64,000 bases of DNA from Eukaryota sp. GEM-RC1 (Eukaryota): NCBI GenBank assembly GCA_040285855.1, contig JAUFOQ010000003.1, forward strand, positions 930,001 to 994,000, given 5' to 3'. Position 1 is the stretch's first letter; each line of letters opens with the position of its first letter. The translations under genes were made by a program, and so were the position numbers. Below the pieces are notes generated by a model that ran no database searches, was not told where the DNA came from, and worked only from the letters and a program-made list of their open reading frames with translations. Shown piece after piece: positions 25,178-37,800 of the stretch.

Positions 25178-27932
25178 CTACAGATCTAGTATCTATCAAA
25201 CATGATCTGGATTGAGTTTTCGGTAGTAATTACTAGTACTAGGTTTTTCCTACAACAATGATTGCCATTCAATCACGATCGATCAGTGTTTGAATTTTTA
25301 ACCAACCGTTTTTTGTATTTCTGGCGGATTCAACAAAGGATGAGGATTGAATTCCTTTTAAATTCGAGCAGATTTCAGTATAGATATTATTGTTTTGCAC
25401 AAAAGACTCTTGGTAAAGTCATCAACGTCCAACACCTGTTCATATTCAAAACTTTTCACTTTAGTTCTCTCTCTGCGTAAGGCAATATGTTTTACATGAT
25501 CCAATTGTCCTACGATCAGCTGATTTTTGTTGAATACCAAACTGAGATCTTTAGCATATTTTTTTGAATTGAATCCAAACATCCTCAATGTCAATGTCGT
25601 CTCAAAAGATGCAACTAGCTGTATAAGCTAGAAATTCAAAGGTCGATGGCTCTGTTTCTGTAAACTTTCCTAGAAAAGGCTATTACAAGCAGTGATAACT
25701 ATGGAAACATGTATATCCGTCCATTTTGCATTTCATTAAAGATACGGTTTAACAATAATGGATCACAAAATCTGTATTATAAACCTGACTTAAACTTGTC
25801 GCTAACTCTCTAATTGAACTATGAGGTAATTGAACAACAGTGAAATACTGTTGTAGGTCCCGTCTGTGATGATGAACGGGAAGTGACAGATCCATGAGAT
25901 AGGTAAGTCAGTCATGTTTGTAAGTGAACTATTATTTTGACACAATTAACAAACGTACTAACACGAACAGATGAACTAATGAGAAGATTGGAAACAGCGT
26001 CTGCTGTTTTAAAACGTCAGAGATGGAGTGGCTGCAGAAATACAATTTTTGTAAAAGTGAACAATCAAATAGGCACGAATTGTTTTCTAAAAAATGGAAG
26101 ATGTATTTAGCTCGTGTATAATGAAATGCATTAAAGAAGACCTCAACATTTTAGCTGTCTGAATTTTCACAGTCCCTTTTAACTTAAAGTCATGCAAGTA
26201 TTGCAATACATATTTCTGTTGATCTCTGCTTTAGTAACAGTAATTTTGAACAAATAAATGAGGAAATTTGATCATGGCCATAATTTATGAAATCAGGACA
26301 CGAGGACAATCAATACCTATGTGGACCTGTTTGTGTAATCAATACGATTAGGCTGTGATTTTTTGACACATATTGTTGATTTCTAGTGATGAAATTCAAC
26401 ACACTAGATGACATATCATACTACTCCATATCTTGTGTCACGACAAGCAGTCATTGATTTAAAGAAAATTGCAATTTGTTTGGCTTTTATGAAGAAACTT
26501 TTTCGGCAAGATACTTTGAAAAAGTAGAAAGTGAATGTACTACTACAAGTACTTAGTGTAAACAATGATTCTTTACATTCTATATTTACAGCTAAGTGCT
26601 CTTGACACTGTTTCTATTGTATTTAGAATATTATTATAACCAATTATAAATTATGACATAAAGGCACTGTTAATCTCGGTGAGACCAATATGGGAATGTG
26701 CTTATCTGTATAACCGTACTGGACCTAACAAATTCGTACCGACTTTCCTGCTTTTATTTATCAGTGGAACCTGAAGTCTTGAACAAACACATTCTCTGAT
26801 ATCTTCATCTAGGTGAATTCTGTAAACAGTACCCTAATCAGGAAGATCTTCTTGTTTCTTCAAAAAAAAATGTCTTAGAAAATTTGAGATCAGCAGTGTT
26901 GGTAATTTCTCGCAATCTTTGGCACACTTGTATTCCACCAGATATTTGCGAAATTGAACGATGAAACCTTTTATTAAATTCCTCTTAAAATAATTCAAAA
27001 ACACATTTTCTAATGTCTGGACTTTAAAATTCGATTTGGCCCGCAAAAATCCGGTGTTCGCAAACTTTTTAATCGATTTAAAGCACAGTTCTTTAGTTGT
27101 ACTGATTAATCAAATTCCAGAAGTTTGTGGATTGTTTTTGAATGATTATCAAATGACTGAACATTTGGGTCTCAATGTTTGTTGCGGTCCTAGAACATGC
27201 CTAATGACTGAGTGTAAATGTTAAATGTGGTCATTTAGATACTTTGTCCACCTTTTGAGTGGTAACAGTTCTATTGTATATCGAACTTACATTCATGATG
27301 CTATCAGAGATCAAACTCATGACTTGTGTAAATTCTACAAAATTGAATCTGTTGCTGAGCCTTGATTGAGATCACTTGAGATGAACAATTTAGATAATAG
27401 TCGGTATTGACAGTACTTTTGGTAAGAGAAGAGTATGTTTCCTGCCTTTGTAAAACAGCCTTTGTAACTTTTTTTATGTTGAAAAATGAAATCTTTTACT
27501 GGGTAGGGATGAAGTCGTTTGAAATTTAGTTTTAGCAATATTTGTTTGGTTTTGCAAATTGAAATTTTTGTAGCTTACCTTTTTGGGCACCATATGAAGT
27601 AGCTTTACTTTGCTTTTGTAACTGAAATTATTACAACAGTGAGTGAAGAATCCATTGTACCCTTTTAATTGATTTAGAAAACATGTACGATATACTATAG
27701 AATAGAGGCGCAGTTCAGTTCATTTACAAATAATAATACCAAAAATACTGGAATTAACATACATGTATTTGTTTTCAGTGCTTTTCGATCGAAACAGCAC
27801 TAAGAAATTTGAAGATCCTGATCATCGTTAAACAACAAACTGTATGATGATTAAAATACTGACTGATCCCACAGCAAATAGAGTCCAAAAAACACGGTTT
27901 ATTATTCACAAAAAGTCAAAAAATAGAGCATG

Positions 27933-29066
27933 TTACAATACCATGGACAGTAGAACACTCAAAACTACCAAAGGCGTGAAATTCTCAGCAGTTTTAGGAT
28001 TCATCTTAATTCCAAAGGAAGCAACCAACAGAAGAGCTAACCCTCCTCCTAAATGAATAGGAGAGAAAGTCCCCTGAAGAAATAGATTCACTGCCACTCC
28101 TAAGAAGGGTAGGAATACAGCAACAATAGGAGCAAAGAAGCAAGTTCCAAGGTAGTAGAACACAACAGATCCAGCTCTAGCCACTACAGCAAATACACGG
28201 GTGGTTTCAACATCGCTTGTAATCATCTCATCAGCATCATAAAGTCCTTGTTTCAATATCAATTTCTTCAGTCCCCCCTTGAGATTCACAGGGACTAACT
28301 CATTCTCATTGTTAACAGCACCAATAGCAGAGATCTGGATATCGTCAGGAACAGAACGGAAAATTACCAAGATGTCACCTGAATTACAAACAGGGAATTT
28401 GTCTGAGACAGTGAAGTGAGGGGAATCGATGGATTGAGCCGTTGCTTCGAATTGTGTCAACAAATCATCTTCATAAGGAGCATAGAAGATGTGATCAGTC
28501 AAAGCGTAAAATCCATCATCCAGATATGCGGGAGAGACTTCGTGGTTGTAGAAATCTACTCCGTGAAAGCCATATGAACCCAATTTCTTAACGGTGGTTG
28601 GCTGCAGCTTGATGTTTCCAACTGATGCTGATGGGGTGGTAAGAACAGTGCTTTCGATGATGCTACGGATAGGGTTAAAGTAGAGACCGCTGTAGAAATT
28701 CTCCGATGATATCTGCTGAGGGTGCCATCCAAGAGAATAGGTAATTTCTGTGAGAATTGCTTCTCCATCGTCAGAGTGAGGGATAGTTTCCTTGTACTGA
28801 CAGTAGTGGACTTCACGTTGGTACTTCACGCTTTTTGGAAAGGAAACGCCAAAATAATTATCAGAAAGGTGATAATCGGACTGTACTCTACCAGTGAAGA
28901 AAATTGGGGCAAATGGACGATGATTCGCCATTTTGGGGTTGATTGTTTGAAGGGATGATCGGAGTTGAGCTTGAGCAGAAAGGCTTTTCTGGACATCACT
29001 TTCAGCTCCGAATAGAATACCTGAATAGATCACCGAAAGAATACCAAAAACAAGAAGTCGATTCAT
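27933..29066 (-). CDS. TMEM43/LUMA-like membrane protein
   Basis: N-terminal TM, QREVHYCQYKE..YSLGW..ISSENF..FNP, GDILVIF, three C-terminal TMs. Confidence 0.65.
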   Translation of the reverse strand: MNRLLVFGILSVIYSGILFGAESDVQKSLSAQAQLRSSLQTINPKMANHRPFAPIFFTGRVQSDYHLSDNYFGVSFPKSVKYQREVHYCQYKETIPHSDDGEAILTEITYSLGWHPQQISSENFYSGLYFNPIRSIIESTVLTTPSASVGNIKLQPTTVKKLGSYGFHGVDFYNHEVSPAYLDDGFYALTDHIFYAPYEDDLLTQFEATAQSIDSPHFTVSDKFPVCNSGDILVIFRSVPDDIQISAIGAVNNENELVPVNLKGGLKKLILKQGLYDADEMITSDVETTRVFAVVARAGSVVFYYLGTCFFAPIVAVFLPFLGVAVNLFLQGTFSPIHLGGGLALLLVASFGIKMNPKTAENFTPLVVLSVLLSMVL

Positions 29067-29251
29067 GAGCTTAGAGTCCAGTTATGTGTACAATTGAACC
29101 AGACTTATCTGTAGACAAAAATGACGTCATCAATCATTTTTTGCATATCATCAACATGCTAACGGATCGAACTATATAAATGAACTAACCAGAACAGAGA
29201 AGTCATGCGAGTACTTGCCAGAGCATTTGACTTCAATTACGGAAATAAAAC

Positions 29252-29946
29252 CAGTGTTTCGGAAATACACGTACTTCAACCTAAATACGCCGTATTTGAA
29301 CTTCTAAGTTAAGTACGTACCTCCCGTACTTATCGTACTTCTCTAACCCACCTACATTCTTATGCTTATCATCTCTGTTTCTTCTTGGAATCCTGTTGAG
29401 CAATACGTTTCATCTGTTCTGAGTCGTTCATTCACCTCCATTTACACAAGTTTTCCTAATACTCTTCTTAGTTTGGTACCCAGGCGTTCTTTTCAACCGA
29501 CCTAGCACAATGTTAGTCAAGTGGAGTTTATATCTCACGGTACACACAAAACTTTTGTAAACATCTGCTTTTATAGCACCTCTTATTGAGGGAATTAGCT
29601 AACATTGGCATCAAACCTACTGATGCACCTCCTGACGTCTGAAAGAAGGGGCTTGCTTAACCGTTGAAGAACCCCTTCTTAAGACAAGTACTGTTCCACA
29701 TCTTGATTTCTGCTGAAGACCTTGAACTGATGTGTTTTTTCAAGATGGTGATAAAGATTTTTATGAGTTCAATAAATGTTCATACAATATTGGTGTTGTT
29801 ATGACCCCTTATCTTGAGAACAAAAGGGGTCGATCAATGCAGATTAGACTCCAGAACAGGAAAGTACGTGAAGTACGTACGAGTACGTATTTACAAAGAA
29901 GTACGAACTTAACAAATTTGTACGTACACGAACTCCAAAAACACTG
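29252..29946. mobile_element. hAT-family MITE
   Basis: TIR CAGTGTTT(C/TT)GGA; 8-bp TSD AATAAAAC (29244-29251, 29947-29954); GTACGT subterminal repeats at both ends. Confidence 0.88.
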
Positions 29947-29997
29947 AATAAAACGCCATTAATTTGCCTGCACATTTGTCCATTTTTTCTTCATGAA

Positions 29998-31338
29998 ATG
30001 GCCAAACATGAGTGGCAACACATCTTTGATCAAGACTCCCAGGTAGTTGTACCCGAAAAGGTCTCAACTGCTCATCCTCGCCTTCCCTCTCTCAGTCAGT
30101 CTAGAAAACCACCATCCTTACGTGTAAATCGTATTTCTGCGACGTCCATTACCCGGTCTCTTCAACGTGATGTTGCTCCTACTCTTAATCCTCCAAAACC
30201 TTCTCCTTCTCAAAAGCTCCCATCATCGTCCGTTTCCTCCGAGATCCTACCTTCCCTGCGAAAGCCATCATTAAAGCCACGTATCGGCTTCCAAACCATC
30301 ACTAAACCACGCTTTCAAACCTCTTCAACACAAACACATCTCCTCCACTCCTCTTTCAACTACGTCTGTAAAGAAACAAACAGAGCCCCCTGTCAAATCA
30401 AAAAGATTGAAACCTCTCCTGAAACTGCGGAAACAATCTCCTCTCAATCAAGCAACGTCCCATGTGAATTAATCCAACATCCTAACTTACCTCCACCCCC
30501 TCTGTTTAATCTAACAATCAATCCACCTAAAGCTTCCATAGTTGATCTTCATGACCTGTTGAAAGAAGATGTTGATTATCAGCAGCTGTATAAGGAAGTT
30601 CTTGTTAGTGTAAATGTTTCAACAGATTTCTGGAGCAGTTTACTGTTTGGTATTGTTCCAAAGATATTTGACCGAATTCTTTCTGATTCAGATTGTTTTC
30701 GTGTTGTTGTTTGTTTCTCAGTAAAAGATCCATGTTCTTTGGTTAATTGTTTTAAAACTAACCCACAATTATTTCAAACATCCTTTTTTAAATCTGATCA
30801 GTTGAAGATTGCTTTCGCACAGAATTCTAATTGTTTTGAATTTTTCAAAAATCTAATAGTATTTGGAAAATTTGTCTTTGGTAATTTATTACTCACACTA
30901 AATGACGTTTTTCCAGACAAAAATTCTGAACGAGTTTTCTGTCGTAGATTCTATCAACTCTCCGTCACTCCACACAATTTTCAAATTTCTCAAGAATTAG
31001 AATTTCAATCTCTTGTTCTTTCACTTCTACACTATTTTGTCCGATACTCACCGGAAAACTCTTTATTTGTATGTCTTCATTGCTGTAAGACATTGCTATT
31101 TCATAGCTCATACTGCTATCTATCAAAGCCTCCGTATAATGAGAAGATTTTTCACTGTGGTACAATTTTATTAGAATCTCTTTCGAAGGACTTGCTAACA
31201 AAAGCATTGGAAACATATAGTCTCGATGGAGTTTTGAAATTTTTGGAATTGAATTTTCCACATTTACACAAAAGACTTTTTTCGGCTAGTAAAACAAATT
31301 TAAAAATTGTTCAATCAGTCATATGGTTCTGGCAGTGA
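29998..31338 (+). CDS. Hypothetical protein (S/P-rich N-half, helical C-half)
   Basis: Uninterrupted 446-codon ATG ORF; no family recognised. Confidence 0.65.
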   Translation: MAKHEWQHIFDQDSQVVVPEKVSTAHPRLPSLSQSRKPPSLRVNRISATSITRSLQRDVAPTLNPPKPSPSQKLPSSSVSSEILPSLRKPSLKPRIGFQTITKPRFQTSSTQTHLLHSSFNYVCKETNRAPCQIKKIETSPETAETISSQSSNVPCELIQHPNLPPPPLFNLTINPPKASIVDLHDLLKEDVDYQQLYKEVLVSVNVSTDFWSSLLFGIVPKIFDRILSDSDCFRVVVCFSVKDPCSLVNCFKTNPQLFQTSFFKSDQLKIAFAQNSNCFEFFKNLIVFGKFVFGNLLLTLNDVFPDKNSERVFCRRFYQLSVTPHNFQISQELEFQSLVLSLLHYFVRYSPENSLFVCLHCCKTLLFHSSYCYLSKPPYNEKIFHCGTILLESLSKDLLTKALETYSLDGVLKFLELNFPHLHKRLFSASKTNLKIVQSVIWFWQ

Positions 31339-34300
31339 AATATTAAAATCTGGCGATCCAATGAAATAACAGTCAGCTGAATTTAGAAAACGAATTCTAT
31401 AGAAATCTGGCGAAACAATTGTCGGATCAATTCCTTTCGGATTAATAACATAAGTTCGTTTAAATGCAGATTCCATTTGTTTTTTGGTATTGTACCGTGA
31501 AAAGAAATCAATTAAGCCTATTGTAATTGATTTTGTTGCGTTATTGATAACAACGAACATGGAATAGTCAATAATTGATAATTGTTTAAATAGCAAAGTA
31601 TCTCGAGTAAGAGTTTTTAGAAATTTGTTCTTGTCTTTTACTGAGATTGTCAGTGGGTATGTATGATAGAAATTTAAAAATCTTGGTCCAGTTTCACTGT
31701 AGACTCTGCGGTAGCAGTTCGACGCCATACCGATCCCTTTAAATCAAAAAATTTAAAATAATTGGAATATTCTTCGTAGTTGTGGTGATATCGCAAGTTT
31801 TCCTGTACAATGAAGTATTCAATATTTTCTTCGTCTGGTTTTGATCCTTTTAAAATTTTAGAATGTTTCACATTTTTACAAACTCCAAATATTCCTAAAA
31901 TTGGAACAACAAAAGAGGAATTCAACAACGATAAAGCAAAATGCGTTAAAAATGCAAATGAATTTTCAAAAATGTTTCGGCTTCTCCAGAAGTAATTTGT
32001 TTTAAAATCAAAGTTCCATCAGATGATTTACAAAACTTACTCTTACTTTTTCCTCCTTCATTTTTCATTGAAACAATACTAGAAATTGAATTCATAAAAG
32101 CAGAGTGATAATCTTTACCTAGTTTCAACATTCGAAAAGCTTCGAAATTTCTTCCACAGTAGAAATGCACATCTGCTAACTTTTCTTTTCCAGAAGATAG
32201 GCTCATACAGACGTCAATACATTGGACATCAAGAAATTGTTGGACAGATTCAGATGAATGAGTATTTGAAAAGTAAGCCGTTACGTTGCGACTAACTGTA
32301 TTTTCTTCAAAAATTGGATCTGGTAAATTATTTAAAATTTTCTGATATTCAGGGGACTGTAATGACGTTGCTAAAATCGATAATGAATCACTACAATCGA
32401 CTACATGGTGAGCCCCATCGAAATTCAGAAGCTTTGGGGATTGAAAATTCGATATAACAGCTGGAAAATCATTCAAAACTTCAAAAATTGATGTTCTAGA
32501 TAACGTAAATCCAGAGGGAAAACCACGAAAACTAGCCGTGTCAGTAGGAGAACAACTAATATAACCATCAGTTGATCTACTTTCAAAGACGGACTTCTCA
32601 AGTCCAGGAGATGAAGCTACTGGGATAATAGTAGAAGAGAAATCAAATGAGGTATCACCAGAATGATCGGTGAGTAGAGGATCATCATCAGTTAACAAAT
32701 GGGAATATTGCAGTTTTTTAAGTTTTTCTTTCTTTTCAGTGGTGTAGAATGAAATATTTCCGAAACTGAAGATGTTTTCTTCTTTGCAGTTTTTGGCTTT
32801 AGTATAGTGATTTGATTGAGACTCTCATGTAAAAAACTTTCATCAGTCGATGATGAATGTTTGACCGAACCATTTCCTTATCACCTTGATCTTCTTCTCC
32901 AACTGCATTGTCATCACTTTCAACAGAGAGAGACATTGAAAGAACATCCAGCGTTGAAAAAGAGGATAAATTAAATTTCTAGAGGAATTAAAATTTTCAT
33001 TCCAAGAAAGTGATGATGAAATAATAAGAGAAATGAATGATTGTAGTTGAAGAACTGCTAACGGAGATCGTGAAATCGACTTTAAAAGAGCTTCAAAACG
33101 AGTAGAAATGGTTTTAAAATCAGAGTCAAGGGTTTGAATAAGTGCTGTGGAGGTCGATGAACCAATTAGAAAGTGATTTTCGACAACAAATGACCGCAAT
33201 TTTAGCACAAAATCTCTAACAATATTGAACTTTGATGTCAGAATTGCGTCAACACCCTCAGTTAACTTAATCTTACTAAAATTATTAACTTTTCCTGGTC
33301 CCAATAAAGATTTACGATACAAAATATCTTTCTGTAAATACAACACAATATCAAAATATTTCAATTTGTACCAAGAAACTGTTTGTTCACACTTAGGACA
33401 TTTAAGATGCTGACCGTGAAACAAGAATGCAATCAAATGACAAAAAGAGAAGGAATTACTTAGATCCAACACGTGATGATCTTCATCACATGACGAACAA
33501 GCTCCATACAACTTGAAAGTGGAAGAATCATCGTCACTTTTCGGATGTTTCTCAGCTGAAATAACAAGAATTTGATCACCAAATATCAACACCCCTAAAT
33601 GATCAACTACTGACAAACCATTACACTGACAGCAAGTGCTGAGCTGGCGCCGAGCTCTACTAGCTTCCAAATTGAAAACATCAAATGAATGTGTCGTTGA
33701 TTGATTATAGAAATAAGAAACTTCACACTGTCGAAGATCCTTATGATCTCCATTCATAATACAATCCCGAAACCACTCAAAAACAGAAACATCAAACCGA
33801 GTATAAGGGAATATCATTCGATAATGGAAAGGAACACACAAATTCACTTGCTTATTACCCTCCACAGCAGTGTTAACCACAACTCCCCAGATTACTGGAA
33901 AGGAAACTGAAGAGAAGTAGGAGGGGAGGACTGGTACAAAGGAGGAGACGTCGTAGTGGAGAGGGCGTACTAGGAAGGGGATGTGAGAAGGGGAGAATAG
34001 GAATTTGGGAGGGAGTTCTAGGCCAGGGAGAAAGGGGGAATCATGGAAATCAATCATTTTTGAGTGTTTGATTTGTATTGGAAGGTAATTTAGGCAGGTT
34101 GTCGTGGTTGATTGCTGCGTGTATGAGGAGAATTGAAGGCTCTTTGATTGGCATTGACTCGTGATGAAACGAAACGCGTTGAAGAAGAAGAGATCAAAAT
34201 TGATTGGATACGTTGGGCCCTCAATCAAAAGTGATAAAGAATTGATGGGCAACGATATCAGATTATTTGAAATCTTTGAAAAATACCCCAGTCTAATAAA

Positions 34301-35220
34301 TAAACCATTGAAAACGTGGTGGCTAATGTTGGAGAAGAGAATTGACAAATGTGGTAATGGTGAAATACCATAATAATTTGAAATTCCGGCCAAATGATTA
34401 CAATTTGGTAGTATTTCAAATATATCTTGAAAGACTGATCGAAAAAAGAGATCAATAGTTCCAGAAGCAATGATGATGATTTTGTCAAATTTTAAAAGTG
34501 TTGATTCAAATCTACATTGTAAAATGTTTCTCATTCGATGTCTTAGTTCAGCACAATTATCCTGACAAAAGAAGGAAGATTCAACGAGCAATTCAAAAGA
34601 ATGAATGGAAAAGGACGTGTTCCAACAAAAGAGGAAGAATTACTCAAAAGAAACGTTGATGACGTCAGCAAGACACGTGGACGACGTGATTGGAAGAAAG
34701 AAATTGACGGAAACTTTCCTTTAACGAAATCAGAACTATGTTTCACCAAATGACTAAGTGTAGAACTACATTTAAAGAGTTGACTAACCGCAGTAAGATA
34801 TACAGGAAAACTTTGTCTACAAACAGAAAGAACAGAGTCTACAGCAAGTTCAGGATTGATAATAGAGCTAGGAACAAGCGATGTGTTCACAATGTCATGG
34901 AGAAACACTGACAAATCAGTAATTAAGTGAGCTGGACTTGTGGTGGAATGGGCATCGAAATCAGAGAAGTTGTGAAAGAAGGTAGAGAAGGGTAAGGAAG
35001 TACAGAAAACACAGGCATGTTGATCATTACACTTGCTACACACTATTGCAGTACACAGAAAGCATTGATGTTTACGTTTGAAAGAGTAAAGAGAGGTGTT
35101 GCAAACTCCGCAACTACTGGGTTTGAAATCAAGAGATGAATCACTGGAGATATGTGACCAGTTATCACTGAGAACTGATACTGACAGTTCTGAATTGAAG
35201 ATTTGGGAGATGGTGGGCAT
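31315..35220 (-). CDS. FAB1: FAB1/PIKfyve-like PtdIns3P 5-kinase (split by several frameshifts)
   Basis: FYVE-like CGVC..FKRKHQCFLC..CSKC; kinase motifs GGKSKSKFCKSSDG, LKQI, DLKGS, IIDYSM, GLIDF and PTIVSPDFYRIRF across five ORFs. Confidence 0.85.
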
Positions 35221-35280
35221 CAAAGTGTGACATATCTGAAATCGTCCAGGTTGAATTTGTCCACCTAACAATCCATCCCT

Positions 35281-36256
35281 ATGAATCCATCTAAGCCCAA
35301 ACCCCCAAGGCTACCATCTTTATCCATCAAAAGGATCCCAATACCACACTTGGTGGAGCTACTAAAAAACTTTTGTTCCTTGTGCACCTCCTAGACCTCG
35401 ACCTCCAGAGCAAAAAACTGTGTCTGCTGCTCTTCCTGGACTTCTTAAGTCTATTGAACGTAAAATACAACCAAGAAAGCCCCAATCCCAAAAACGTCCT
35501 CTAAAGCCTAAGAAAATGATTGAAATGGGCGAAACCTTCTTCTCTGCTTCAAAATCATCAGATTCTGTTCCGATATCATTTGCTCCTATAGATGAACTTA
35601 AACCTGAATTTTTATTTGAAAACGCTAAACCAAGACAATTAGTTTTTGAGGAACGTTACCAACCTGCTGAACTTCCTTTTGTTCCAACAGCAGACCCTCT
35701 CCCTCAAGATCCTCAAGATAAGCCTGTATATCATAAGACTCCTGAAGCAGGGGTGACTTTCTCCAGAGCTGCATCAGAGTTTCTAGAAAATGGTAAAGTT
35801 CCTAATGATTTGTTTCTTCTACAACTTCCTGTTTCATTACCGTGTGAATCATCGAGATCAATTCCAGTCAGGAAAGCTCCACCCACAACTCCAATCCAAG
35901 CTAAAAGGAAACAGCAAGCTTCAGAGAAGGAAGTAAATGAAGCGAGAAAGAATGGTGCTAAGAAAATACCGAAACAGTTCGAACCTTTCCCAACAAACCA
36001 TGGTGATTCATATCCTTCTCATTTATCTTCAGCACCTTCAGGAAGACTTGGTAAGCTTGTTATACATAGGAGTGGGAAAATGAGATTAGTGTTTGAAGGG
36101 GGAATTAGCTTTAATCTTTCACAAGGGATACCAGTATCTTTTGATGAGAGAGTTGTGTCTATTTCAGCCAAACAACGGGAAGACGTCCTTGAAAGTTCGA
36201 CCATGGTTGAGTTGGGCAAAGTAGGATGTAGAATGGTTGGTGTTATTGATGTTTAA
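35281..36256 (+). CDS. POLR3D: RNA polymerase III subunit RPC4/C53
   Basis: C-terminal LFLLQLP..GRLGKLVIHRSGKMRL; frameshifted N-terminus RLPSL..TLGGATKKTFVP from ATG 35281. Confidence 0.85.
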
Positions 36257-36441
36257 GGTCTTGTTAATAGTCCGATTGGATTTCTGGTGTAGAGTCTACA
36301 CTGTAGACTGATTTGTAGTATTTTTTAATATTTATTGACATTGTCTATTGATTACTCAAAGGAATGTTGTTGCACATGGAGCGTACTATCACAGCAACTA
36401 AGTATGAGATTAAAAAAGTGGTTATAAATAGACTATAATGC

Positions 36442-36759
36442 TTAGCATTCCATTGGTGTAGATTCTAGTGCTTGAGAAAAGCGGTCCAGTACAACTGTCG
36501 TCATGTCTTTCAAAGTGGAAAGACCTCCTTGCATAACTTCTAGCGGAGGAACATTGTTTCGAGTTTGAATACGGAAGTTTAAGACAGGTTCAATAGGATG
36601 TGGTATACTGTAAGCGCAAAAGTCAACATCAGGACGCCGTGAGACGACATTTCGAAGAGCGTTTCCTATTGTGTGACTTTCGTCAGTGATTTTGAATGTA
36701 GCACATGAATGGTCTTCAGCATCATAAACAACACGGATTTTATCTAATGGAGACTCCAT
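36442..36759 (-). CDS. POLR1D: RNA polymerase I/III subunit RPAC2/AC19
   Basis: ATFKITDESHTIGNALR..VDFCAYSIPHP..NFRIQT. Confidence 0.9.
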   Translation of the reverse strand: MESPLDKIRVVYDAEDHSCATFKITDESHTIGNALRNVVSRRPDVDFCAYSIPHPIEPVLNFRIQTRNNVPPLEVMQGGLSTLKDMTTVVLDRFSQALESTPMEC

Positions 36760-36813
36760 TTTAGTGATAGTAAGGGAAAAGAAAACAGTTTCAATTTCTG
36801 TCTTAATCCCAAG

Positions 36814-37665
36814 TAGGATTGTAATTTTGAGTCAAGCTGACTCACTGAGCTTTGAGTCAGTCAGCTCGAGGCAGGCTCATTTGACTCATGAGTCGAGTCA
36901 AGCCTGTATCTTTGTCCGTGAGTCAGCTCGAGTCAGGCTCATTTGACTCATGAGTCGAGTCAAGCCTATATCTTTGTCCGTGAGTCAGCTCGAATCAGGC
37001 TCATTTGACTCATGAGTCGAGTCAAGCCTATGTTTCTGTCTGTGAGTCAGCTCTACTCAAGTTTACTCTAATGAATGTAATTTAGTACAATTTAAACGTA
37101 TTCTAGTACAATCACCTGTACATGGAATTAGTAGCAGTTCTCTGTATAAATTCATTGCATGTTGATGTGTGGGATGAGCTGACAGCTTACTTATCAACAG
37201 GCATAGTCGATGCTGCGGTGGATCCACTAGATTGGTGGAAACGCTACCAATCAGATTATACTAGCTCAGCTTGCTCAGCTCGCGACTACTTAAGCATTCG
37301 GCCAAGTTCAGCAGCAATTGAACGTTTGTTCTCTGCTGCAAACCAAATTGTAACAAAGGAAAGGGCTAGACTATCTGCAATACTGCAAGGTGTTTATTGT
37401 GTTTACACTCGTGGTACGGAATAGGTGTATTAAATTCAGATCAGTAGAAAACAGTAGAGATTTGTGTTATGTTATAAAGTACAATAGAAAAGAGCATTCA
37501 AAATGAGTCAGCTCGAGTCAAGCTCGGTTGACTCATGAGTCAAAGTCAAGTCAAAGGTAATCAAAATGAGTCAGCTCGAGTCAAGCTCGGTTGACTCATG
37601 AGTCAAAGTCAAGCTTCAAATTGTAGGCTTGACTCGACTTGACTCGGCTCATTTTAACAACCCTA
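36814..37665 (+). mobile_element. Internally deleted hAT element
   Basis: TIR TAGG(A/G)TTGT; 8-bp TSD ATCCCAAG (36806-36813, 37666-37673); ~62-bp subterminal repeats rich in GAGTC/GACTC; hAT dimerisation remnant DPLDWWK..ARDYLSIRPSSAAIERLFS (37122-37424). Confidence 0.95.
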
Positions 37666-37673
37666 ATCCCAAG

Positions 37674-37800
37674 ACCACCGGATCTTCAACCTGTGAATTT
37701 CTCTTAAGATGAATTCCCCATAACGAATTATGGACATTCATCTACACTCACAGTGCACATGGGCTGTGGCGGTTCTATCCCTTGCGGGTCCGCCACTGTT
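37674..37800 (-). ncRNA. Candidate Fanzor omegaRNA scaffold overlapping the ORF 3' end
   Basis: Minus strand: GUGGCGG-A-CCC-GCAA-GGG-AUAGAA-CCGCCAC, then nested stems CUGUGAGU/AUUCACAG, AGAUGAAU/AUUCAUCU and CCAUAA-UUCG-UUAUGG. Position matches known TnpB/Fanzor omegaRNAs. Confidence 0.7.

Noticed and set aside
36855..37050. Regular ~62-bp palindromic repeats next to a Cas12-like nuclease, resembling a CRISPR array
   Set aside because: The units are tandem with no unique spacers and lie inside a hAT element with TIRs and TSD; they are subterminal repeats.
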